A stretch of 49,500 nucleotides of DNA, filler included, from Bipalium vagum (taxonomy: Eukaryota), in the NCBI GenBank assembly GCA_037834085.1. It is 2 parts of 2 records of this genome, joined end to end, with 100 filler letters (N's around TTAATTAATTAA, not from the genome) between each part and the next. Parts side by side here need not be neighbours in the genome. Positions count along the whole stretch, not along the records: positions 23,090 to 49,500 come from JBBMKC010149285.1; 1 more part is not named here. One strand, written 5' to 3'. Positions within the stretch are counted from its first letter, which is position 1. Every line of letters starts with the position of its first letter. The position numbers and the translations under genes were made by a program. Under the pieces are notes generated by a model. That model did no database searches. It saw nothing but the letters and a program-made list of their open reading frames with translations, and had not been told where the DNA came from. Shown here in pieces: positions 38,877-49,500 of this stretch.

Positions 38877-39096
38877 AATGAACAACGACCATTTTGATCG
38901 TTGTTAAATTATTCCAAAAATAAATACAAATTGACAATAATACAAATAATTTTTATATAAATTATATTAAAAATTTTTCTATTGATGAATTAATAAAAAT
39001 CAATGCTGTAATCATTCGAACATATTTAATGTATTTTTATAATATCCCTTCAGAAATTCAATTAAATAAAATAATTGACCAATATCTTTAAGAAAT

Positions 39097-39117
39097 ATAT
39101 ATATATATATATATATA
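39097..39117 (+). repeat. (TA)n microsatellite
   Basis: Direct reading. Confidence 0.9.
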
Positions 39118-39665
39118 GCATTTTAATTATATAATGAATTGTCTTTAAAAATAAAATTATTTTTATCTTTGTAAAATAGACATAACAAAAAATAAATAAT
39201 ATTTAATTAAAACCTATAAGTTTGGATATTTTTTACAGAAAAATATTAATATATTTTCTGAATTATTTTAACATAATAAACAGTATTAATAATAAAAAAT
39301 ATTAATTATTTACACTGAAGTTAAGTTATTAAACTCAGAATAAGCACAACTTATAAAACTAATAAATTTGAGAAAATACAGAAATTTTAGAATGTTTAAA
39401 ATTCTTAATTAGTAATAAGCTCTAAAATTTTTAATATTAAACATTAAAATAGTTTATGTAATAATAAAAATAAATTATCTTGAAAATGAAATTATGATAG
39501 ATCAAAAATTTTTAAAAATAATATTCTTAAATTCCTATATAAAACTGTAATTGAGAAACTTATTTCAATGTTACTCTGAAGATCTCTTTACATGTCAGTA
39601 AATAAGATTTTATTAGGTATAGCCGTTAATTCTGCAGATTTTTTAAAATGTAAATATTGATAAAT

Positions 39666-39983
39666 TGTGCTCAATATAAAACTGCAAAGGTGTTGGATGA
39701 ATTAATAAAACCATTAAAGAACACCCAAAATGAAGTAAAAGACACACAGAGAGGATCAAATAAAATTGAAAGAAATACTAATCACACAATATGAAAAATA
39801 ATGTTAATGTAATAATAAGCACACTCTTAGGATAATAATGTTAATGTAAGAAATAAGCACAATATTAGTGATCAGTTTTTGGTTTGGATTGGTTTGGATT
39901 GTTGGGAAGTGGTTGCTCCTGGTTTGGTTGATTTGAATAATTCTGCGCTTGACTAGGGGCTTGACCTGGTTGTAGTCTCCACA
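39666..39983. mobile_element. Possible solo LTR / repeat (TGTG...CACA, ~318 bp) with internal duplications
   Basis: TG...CA termini; duplicated AATAATGTTAATGTAA.AATAAGCACA and TTGGTTTGGA units; no matching target-site duplication. Confidence 0.3.
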
Positions 39984-40199
39984 GATGAATTAATATATAT
40001 TTTTGAAACTTGTTAATATTTATTGTTTTTGCTTGCTAATTAGAAACTTGCTATATGTCTACATTTTGAAGACTTGTTTAAATTGTAATTTCTTAAATTT
40101 TATAAATTATTATTGGAAAATTTTTTCTGGCAGTAAGTAAATTTTTACTTATAATAGTTTTAAATAAAAATTTTATTTATGTATTCAAAGGAATTAAGA

Positions 40200-41010
40200 A
40201 ATATTGTCATGTTAAACGTTCATTGGGTGAATCGTACAGGCAAATTTCCGCAGATTTGAATATTAAAAAATGCAATTAAAACTATTATAACATACAAAAT
40301 AAAGGATCAAGATTAAGATAAAGAAGGCTGATGCTCTTAATATCAGAAGAACTATATCAAAAGAGGCTGATAATCATCACAAGGTTACATGCAACAAAGT
40401 ATTGCAGTTAACCAAGAACACTAAATAATTAGATGCTGAAGAATGACATGCTATATCGAAAGGTGACACAGAAAATTATGTTTTCTAATAAACATAAATT
40501 GGAAAGAAATCGTTTAATTTCGCAGTGGATTGGACAGAATATTGATTGGAATACAGCGATATTTAGGGATGAAAAAAGATTCAGTCTTGACGGTCCTGAC
40601 TACTGGTATTAAATAATTATTGATATTTTAAAGACGCTTATGATACATAGGCTTTCGAATGTTAAGAAGGGGGAAACATTTCTCCGTCAAAAACGTCAAT
40701 ATCAAGGTGGAGGAATTATGGTGTGGAGCATGACTATGCCAAACGGTCTAATTGCTGCCAAAATATTGGAAGGAAAACAAGACAGTGAAAAATACATTCG
40801 CCTTTTTAAAGACTTTGCTGTACCCATTATAAATCTCAATTATCATGAAGACTATCATGTGATTCAGGATAATTTTCCAATCCATGTTTCCAAAAAATTT
40901 TAAATTATATTCTGAAACACAATCTTTTCAAGTCCTGAATTGGCCAGCAAGATCCCTAGATTTGAATATTATGGAAAATGTTTGGAAAATGTTTGGAAAA
41001 TGATTTCCAT
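40200..41010 (+). mobile_element. Tc1/Tc3-like (DD34E) transposase pseudogene containing a 45-bp intron (40606-40650)
   Basis: WNTAIFRDEKRFSLDGPDYW | LSNVKK...GGGIMVW...IQDNFPIH, then (frameshifted) VLNWPARSLDLNIMENVW. Boundaries approximate. Confidence 0.85.
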
Positions 41011-41501
41011 TTAAAAATGCAGTATAGATATTATTTTAAAAAATCTTCGAAATGTAAACATTAATATTTATCTGAGGATTAAATAATTTTTTATTTTTCC
41101 ATTTCTAACTTTTTTTCTTTTGTTTATTATTTTACACGCTAAGTGGGGCGGTGAAAAAATTTGTTTTTCTTCACTGAGGACCTATGAGCCCAAGAGCGAG
41201 AGGATTTGTCATAATAATAATAACCCTAATTAATAAAATCCTTTATCAATCAAGGTCGATATCAACGTTGTGTACATTGTCATATTATTTTACAAAAAAT
41301 ATAATTTTTAAACTAAATCGTTTTCTCAGTGATTTTAAATAACTTTAAATTAAAAATCAGCCTTCACCGTTAAGACCTAAATTAACAGCTCCACTTATTT
41401 ACACCTTTTTCAGGATCTTAACAATTATGAAAAAAATGTTCTCCTGTAATAGTATAAATTTCATTATGATTACAAAATTATTTGGTTCAGAATCATATAT
41501 A

Positions 41502-42786
41502 CGAGGGTGGGGTGAAAAGTTCTCGGCCTAACAAAGAAATAACAAACTTATTGACAAAAATTTTATTTATTTTTCAACATAGTCTCCTTGCAATTCAATA
41601 CATTTATTCCAACGATATTCAAGTCTTTTAATACCATCAGCATAATATGATTTATCAAGGGCTTCAAAATATGATTCAGTTTCACATTGAACTTCCATAC
41701 TTGATCTGAATCGTTTTCCTGCAAGCGACTTCTTCAAGTTTGGAAACAAGAAAAAATCACTGGGACCCAAATATGGAGAGTACGCTGGATGAGGAAGCAA
41801 TTCATATCGAAGTTCATGAAGTTTAACTTGTGCAACTGTTGAAGAATGGGCTGGTGCGTTGTCATGATGAAAAAGAACCTTTTTTCTTGCTAGATGAGAA
41901 CGTTTATTATTGATCTCGTCATTCAACTTGCTCAATAATGAAGCATAATATACTCCTGTAATGGTTTTCCGTTTTTCTAGATAATCAATCAATATTATGC
42001 CATTTGCATCCCAAAAAATGGTTGTCATGACTTTTCCTGCTGAAGGAAAACTTTTGCTTTCTTTGGTGCACTGGAACCTGCTTCTACCCATTGCTTTGAC
42101 TGCTGTTTTGTTCTGATGGTGTACCCATGTTTAATCAACAGTAATAAAACGCCGTTGAAATTCATTTGGATTCGACTGAAAAATCTGTAAGCTTTGAATT
42201 GACAGATTCATTCTTTGACGCTTTTGATCAATGGTTAGCAAACGCGGCACCCATCTTGCAGATAGTTTTATCATATTTAAATGGTGATGTATAATGTATC
42301 GAACACGTTCCTCTGAAATCTTCACAATATCAGCTAGTTCATGAATCTTTATACGACGATCATTCAGAACTGCATTGTGAATCTTTCCAATAATTTCATC
42401 AGATGTTGCTGTGCCTGGCCTTCCAGAACGGTCATCATCTTCAATTGATTTGTGACCACGTCAAAATTCAGCTGCCCATTTTTTTATTGTAGAGAATAAA
42501 GGAGCAGACTCACCAAGTGTTGAATTGATTTCATTTTTGATTTCCGTTGGACTTAAGCCTTTCAATACGAAATATTTTATCACAACGCGATGTTCCATTT
42601 TATCCATTTTTTGAAAACTGCAATTATAGGCGAATTCAAACAAGTGTTGCAACAGAATTATTTAAACAAATGAAATGAAAATCATAATACAATTACCTAG
42701 ATAATTATAATTATCAAAAATAAGATAGATTTTATTAAATTCATGTTTTTTCTTTATCAGGCCGAGAACTTTTCACCCCACCCTCG
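41502..42786 (-). mobile_element. Full-length mariner (DD34D, irritans/Himar1-like) transposon with a disabled transposase
   Basis: Perfect 28-bp TIRs CGAGGGTGGGGTGAAAAGTTCTCGGCCT (41502-41529 / 42759-42786) flanked by TA. Motifs WVPRLL, SAGKVM..FWDA.GII.IDYLEK, FHHDNAPAH, YSPYLGPSD. Stops at 42461-42463 and 42131-42133 plus a frameshift near 42100. Confidence 0.97.
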
Positions 42787-45117
42787 TACATACGTAAAAC
42801 ACTGTATAACTAGAATTATGAATTATAAATTTATATAATTTCTTATAAATATTAATTTTCTTTCATTAATAATTCTTGAAATATTAAAAAAGATCCTATT
42901 TCTATGATCAATAAAATCAATTCCTTTTTGTTGTTTTTGAAATGAGGAATTTCTCAAATATTCAGAAAATATTTTTTGATAAATAATTCTAAATCTTGTC
43001 TTTATATATTTTATTAATGAAAAGATATATTAATAATCCATAGGATAAATTTAAATTAAATATTTTATTAAAATTCCAATTAAAATTTTGTGAATATCTT
43101 ATTTATGATTTCTCTGATTTTCTGTCTATCTAATTGTGAATCCATATTTTTTTTTATAATTTTATTTATTTTAGTTATAGTTATTTCGGTTACTTTGGTA
43201 CTTTAGGACTTTTAGTTATATTTTAGTTTGTGTACGCTTATTCGTACTTTTTTACTGAAATCGTTATCGTTGTTTATTTTCGATTTTTTCTTTGTTGTTT
43301 TATTTTTTTGTTATTTTAGTTATTCTGGCTATTTTCTTACTAGTTTTTAAAAATGATTTTTTGAGAAATCCTATTAATTCTTAAAATTCCATTCTTATGT
43401 GATTTTTTTTTTAAAAAAAGTAAAAAATGAACCCATTCCTATACAAAAAATTTTTTCAAAAATCCTTTTTTTATATTTTTACACTACTCACCTGTTCCAA
43501 GCCAACCATTAGCTTTGAGAAGTTCACGATTCTGAACCCAATGGTCCGTTTTGTAGTTGCTAGCTCGATTGGCACCATCTATTTATGCAATCATTGGGTC
43601 TTAGCTCCGCAAATTTATAAAAAAATATTGTAAATGAAACTAAAATTATTAAACTAAATTAAGTTAACTTGTAAAAAATACAATTTTAAAAATTGGTTTA
43701 TTATTAATTAACTACTTTCTATTATTAATAAATAAAGATAATTTATAAAATCATTAGCTTTGAAATTATAAATCATTTATAAAGTATTTATTTCCTTCTT
43801 AAAATTTTGTGCAGATCAAAAATCAACATTTATTTTATAACACTTTTCTGACATCTGTTCGTTTAATTTCTAATTTCCTAGCTTTTTAATATTGTCTTGT
43901 TCATCACATTGGTTTTCCTTCAAATTAACTCAAAAACCTTTTAAGAGTTTCTTTAATATTATTAACATTATAGTATAAAATGTATAATAAATAATTAATT
44001 TGTAAAAATATTGTTAGAAATACAGTATCAAGATAAAATAAAAACAAATAAGATATTAGCTTATACATGTAAATTTGTTTGGCTGTAAATTATTATTATC
44101 CTATACTATTTTCACCAGGGTCAAGTGAGTTGATATGTTGCATAATAAAACTAAATATTAATGTTAGTAATGATTAATATTTCATTTTATTTAACTAAAA
44201 ATTATGTAAGGTTTATAAGCACTTTTCTAACCTTAGGAATATATAATTGAAATTTTATTGACATTAAATGCTTTTTAAAATTATCGGGACAATTGTGTAA
44301 TAATAATTTAATAATCATGTCCAATAATTAACTTTTATTAAAATTATAAAAATTAAGAGTAAATAAAAAATCACTTAAATTAATAAATTGTTATAATTAA
44401 TAAATTGTTATAATTAAAAAATTATTAATTCTGTAGAAGAACTGAATTGTTAGATCAAATACTTAATTGTCAAGTGCTTTATATAAAACTTTTTGAGCCA
44501 AGGAAAATATTAGAATTTTATGATGAGTTTAAAAAAGTATTCCTTAATTATATAAAAATTATAGATAATAAGAAAAGCTTTTAATACACTTCGAATGTGA
44601 TTGTTAAAATTATAATTATATTTCAATTTAAGCAAAATATTGAAATAAGTTTGGTCAGATTTTCACGATATTAGGTATTAAAATATAAAACGCAACCTTT
44701 TAATTTTAAATAACTCAATTATAGTATATATTTATTTTCATTTATAAATAAAGAATTTTAAGCGTGGAGATTTTAAAATTAGACAATTAGAATGTAAACT
44801 AAAAATTATTTTAAACTTTTTTAAAAAAATGTAATTTAAAAATAAAATTATTTAATCTTTGATTTAAGATATTACAATTTTATTTCTAGTATCATTTAAA
44901 ATAAATCTTATTAAAAATCTTCTGATTGATATTTTTTCTATTATTATTAAAAATATCATATAAAAAATTTAATTTACTAAGTTTTCTTGTAGGTTTATAT
45001 ACAAAATCTTAATATATTTTGATTAATGTTATCTTAATTTAAAATATTTTCATAAAATATTTTTTGTTGTTTTACTACATCAATTTTATTTTAATTAATA
45101 CGTAAAGATTGCCAACT

Positions 45118-46744
45118 ATGGGATGTAAGTTTACTTTCATTTTTGATTAATTAACTTAATCTTTTATAATGGGTCGTAAGTCAATTAATTTAAAGTAATT
45201 TTTCAAAATTTTATCTTTTAGTTAAATTCCTGGATTTGGTAAAACCTTTTTGCCAAGTTCTTCCTGAAATATCAAAACCAGAAAGGAAAATACAATTTCG
45301 CGAAAAAGTATTATGGACCGCTATTACTCTTTTCATATTTCTTGTATGCTGTCAAGTACCGCTTTTTGGTATAATGTCATCAGAATCAGCCGATCCATTT
45401 TACTGGATGAGAGTAATTCTTGCTTCAAATCGAGGCTCATTGATGGAATTGGGGATCAGCCCTATCGTTACATCGGGTCTAATAATGCAGTTATTGGCTG
45501 GTATTAAAATAATAGAAGTTGGAGACACACCTAAAGATAGAGCACTTTTTAATGGTGCGCAAAAATGTTAGGATTATATATACTAAATACTTAACTTTAT
45601 TTAATTATTAACTAGTATTTGGGATGGTTATAACTGTTGGTCAGGCAATGTTATATGTTATGTCAGGAATGTATGGTACACCTGGAGAGCTAGGAGCAGG
45701 AGTTTGCTTACTTATTGTTTTTCAAGTAGCGATTTTCATAAATTAAAACTACTTACAATTTTTTTATTCAACATATAGCTCACGTTTGCTGGTTTGCTCG
45801 TTTTAATGTTGGATGAGTTATTACAGAAAGGTTATGGATTAGGGTCTGGAATATCTCTTTTTATTGCTACAAATATTTGCGAAACAATAGTTTGGAAGGC
45901 ATTTAGTCCAACAACAATCAACACTGGTCGAGGAACAGAATTTGAAGGAGCAATAATTTCTTTATTTCATTTGATGGCCACAAGAACTGATAAAGTCAGA
46001 GCACTTAGAGAGGCTTTCTACCGTACAAATCTGCCAAATTTGATGAATCTATTAGCGACTGTTCTCGTTTTTGCTATTGTCATCTATTTTCAAGGATTCA
46101 GAGTTGACTTACCAATTAAATCCGCTCGGTACAGAGGACAGTACAGCTCTTATCCAATCAAACTGTTCTACACAAGCAATATACCGATAATATTGCAGAG
46201 TGCTCTTGTCTCTAATCTCTATGTGATTTCGCAGATGCTTTCCAACAAATTTCGCGGAAATCTAATCATAAATCTCCTTGGAACGTGGTCAGATGGAGAG
46301 GCCGGATCGCGATCGGTTCCCATAGGCGGAATTTGTTACTACATGTCACCTCCGGATAGTTTAACGGCAATGTTTCACGACCCAGTTCATGGAATAATCT
46401 ACATTGCATTTATGCTTGGAAGTTGTGCATTTTTCAGTAAAACGTGGATCGACGTGTCGGGATCGAGTGCAAAAGACGTAGCGAAGCAGCTGAAGGAGCA
46501 ACAGATGGTTATGAGAGGTCACCGTGAAAAATCAATGATTCACGAACTTAATCGATATATTCCCACGGCTGCTGCTTTTGGCGGTCTGTGTATCGGTGCT
46601 TTGTCAGTACTAGCTGACTTTTTGGGAGCTATTGGTAGTGGAACAGGTATCCTGCTGGCCGTTACTATAATCTACCAGTATTTCGAAATATTTGTCAAGG
46701 AGCAAAACGAAATGGGTGGCAGCATGAGTACATTGTTGTTTTGA
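45118..46744 (+). CDS. SEC61A: Protein transport protein Sec61 subunit alpha, complete, 475 aa; exons 45118-45124 (or alternative 45169-45175), 45222-45566, 45616-45725, 45779-46744
   Basis: Highly conserved Sec61a motifs ([108 protein letters not shown]). Introns of 97/46, 49 and 53 bp are all GT-AG and in phase. Confidence 0.98.
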
Positions 46745-47845
46745 ATGGTTCACACTGATTGAGAGTAAAGAAAAAACCAATAATGATGTATGTATTTAAT
46801 ATTTATAGTACAGTTTTATTGATAAAAATGTTTCGATAACATCTTTGACTGGAATTTGTTTCAGGAATCGACATGTGTACCATTTGTCTGATGGAATATA
46901 CAAATATAAATCTGATCCTATAAAACCTGTTAATTTTTCTTAATTTTGGAGTTCAAAACCAAGAATTCTGGTTCTGGAATGTTGATTTTTTTATTATTTG
47001 GTTTTGGTTTGTTCGTAAATATCATAAAGAAAATTTTAATTATTCTGTACATGATTGGGAAATCAAATAATTTGAATAAAATGTAAATGAAGAAATTTAA
47101 TTTTTAAAGTAGGCCTATAAAATAATAAATCCAGAAATCATCGTAATAATTAGTTTTTGTGTAGAAAATATTTTTTCGTTATCACTTTAATTTATAATTT
47201 TTGAAAAAATCAATATCTGTTGAAAATAAGTTTATTCTGATCTAGGATTTTCATTTTGTTTAATTGTCTGACTTTCTGATTACCAGTCAAAATGGTTCAA
47301 CTTTGTATGTATTTCCTGCAATTTTATTATTTAAAGTGGATGTTGCAATATGAACAAAAATAATCGTGTATAATAGGTATAATAAAATTCATTCTAATTT
47401 TATAGAATGATACTTAAATAATTTTACTGTACTTTTAAAATAGTTTACTGATAATTTTTTTGTTTTGGTAATAATTGAACTTTAATAAAATTGTTTAAGG
47501 TCTTCTAAAAGCAAGCAATAGAAGTTTTAAGATATATCAGTAACTGAAATTACAAAGATATTCAAAATCCGTTAATATGAAAATCTATTGAAATGACGTA
47601 GGTCATTTTATATATAAAACATTTAATTTTTTATCTATCATAAATGTTATACAGTTCTCTTTAGAACCATATCTATTGATTGTTAAACTATTCCATTTTC
47701 ATAAACCGAACCAACTCAAAATTCTAGTGATAAAATCGAAATGAAAATCAAAATTCTTTGGAGAGTGTCCCATTTACATTTTTGGTTGAATGGATTTAAT
47801 AAAAATCTTATAGATGATTCAATTAAGTTTTTCGATTATATTATA

Positions 47846-48700
47846 ACGGGTGTTCAACATATAATGATACTCATGTTTAAATTTCAAATTTTTTAAAATA
47901 AATTGAACTTAAAATATTTAAGTAAAAAATATGTTCACCGTTAGCTTTCCATATGAGATACAATGGACGGTACCAGGATTTACAATTTTCCATAATTTTA
48001 TCCTTGTGAATGTTCTTCACTGCAATCTTCAGTTCAATTTCATTTTGAATGTTATTCGATCCCAACTAATGTTCCGAACAGAATCATTCTAAATGCAATA
48101 ACAAAAGGATTTAAATCAGGTGAATTAGGACGAAATTTTTTGGAACGCCATTCAATTGATTTCCTCCCGTATGACACGTTGCATCTAGTTGATATGTCCA
48201 ATTATTACCATATATCTTTGCCACTGGGAGTACTTTATTCTGTCAATTTGGTTATTCCATTCATATGGAATATTTTTTTTCGTCCGAGGAAGTATTCTTT
48301 TGATATCTTTTTTGAAATTATCTTTCACTCAATTGTAAAATCTAATTCTGGTTTTTAAATGCTTCATTGTCAACAAACGCTGTTTTTGGATCTTGTAGAT
48401 TTTTTTGAATATGGATTGAGCTGATTCAATTGATATTCCAGTTTTAGTAGCCAATTTTCTAACGGCCCCCTTTTTCCCTTTGACTAATCGTTTTACAGTT
48501 TGTATCATTCTAACTGTTTTGGCATCTTTTTTCTTCCTGGTATCGGTTCCATATCTGAACCATTTTTCATGATCATGCTGTACCATCATTTAATGGTTGA
48601 AAGGAAAGGAATCCTTTCAATGCTTGGAAAAAAAATTTTGTATTTCCAACGATTTCATCTTGAAAAATCTATAAAATTTAAATTAAAAAATAATCTTTTG
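47846..48700 (-). mobile_element. Degenerate Tc1/mariner transposon relic
   Basis: TIR-like CGGGTGTTCAAC near 47847; minus-strand RKLATKTGIS (HTH), WTYQLDATCH and RPNSPDLNP. Confidence 0.65.
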
Positions 48701-49500
48701 TTTATTTGTACTATATGACAAGCCTTTCAGTTAACCCTCTTTAGATTTTAATAAAGTATAATTATTTATATCCGGACTTAAAATTTTGTGGTTATAATTA
48801 TATGAGTAACAATTTAAAAGATAAAAATATATTAAAACTATGGCATGATGAAAAAATAAAAAATAATACAAATTTTAATTTTCAAATAGAAATTTTTTAT
48901 TATTGCTTAACTAATATTGTGATCTTAACTAAAGGCTGTTTTATTTATAGAGATTTTTTTTTAAATATAAATTTTTCAGAAGAAAAAACTCTAAATATGG
49001 ACCTTTTTTAATATATGACAATAATCAAAATTTGTAAAAATAATATCTATCTATGATAAATAATGAAGAAATTGGAATTCCACGATTAGATGATTTTGAA
49101 AATGTATATTCTGATAAATTTATTCATTGATTAGAATATTTAAGTAAAATAAAAATATATAAATATTTGACATGCTAAAAGAGAAAAACAATTAATGTAG
49201 GTAAAAATTCTTATAAAGCTGATAGTTATTATTATGATCAACAAAATAAAACGTATTATATTTATGAATATAATTGTCAAGATCCTAAGTGGGTAGGTAT
49301 AAAGATGTTAGAAGTCGGAGCTTTATTTCTGTTTAGGTCTCAACGGTTGAAGGTTGCTTAAGGATGTGTTCGATTAATTGAATGAACTGAGAAAACGATT
49401 TTTAGGTTTAATACTTATATTTGAAAACTAATTTAAAAATTATTATCTTTACAAATGAGTGATAACAATTCTGACCGATTATTGATTTTATTAATTGTAA

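Noticed and set aside
41171-41225. Hammerhead-ribozyme-like string (CTATGAG-CCC-AA-GAG-CGAGA...GTC) next to (TAA)n
   Set aside because: The core needs CUGANGA and GAAA with a paired stem II; both boxes are mutated and stems I and III are not evident. At best a dead relic.
42131-42463. Stop-codon recoding in the mariner transposase
   Set aside because: The stops are of two types and come with a frameshift, and host genes use the standard code; this is ordinary decay.

Overview
Very AT-rich eukaryotic (animal) genomic DNA with GT-AG introns, some only 45-53 bp. The composition and transposon load suggest a triclad flatworm (planarian), but that is an inference. The window is probably two contigs joined by an artificial 100-nt spacer (N44-TTAATTAATTAA-N44 at 22990-23089); there is another 181-N gap at 15419-15599. 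The left part holds the 5' half of a TRPC channel gene (+, 4 coding exons, 5580-20803). The right part holds the 5' part of an SLC6 amino-acid-type transporter gene (-, 3 coding exons), a single-exon 635-aa uncharacterised protein gene (-, 36969-38876) and a complete Sec61 alpha gene (+, 45118-46744). Introns and intergenic DNA carry many Tc1/mariner-superfamily elements (full-length irritans-like mariner, DD37D maT, rosa-like, an intron-containing Tc3-like copy, pogo/Tigger, several relics), an RLE-type non-LTR retrotransposon relic, LTR-like segments and (ATT)n microsatellites. The best novelty candidate is the 635-aa protein: it has an N-terminal eIF4E-binding-like motif, a low-complexity linker and a C-terminal KH-like domain, and a stem-loop containing an overlapping uORF sits just before its start codon. 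Other candidates are duplicated 7-nt start exons in Sec61 alpha, an alternative first exon giving an ankyrin-less TRPC, and a 70-nt bulged hairpin in an LTR-like segment.
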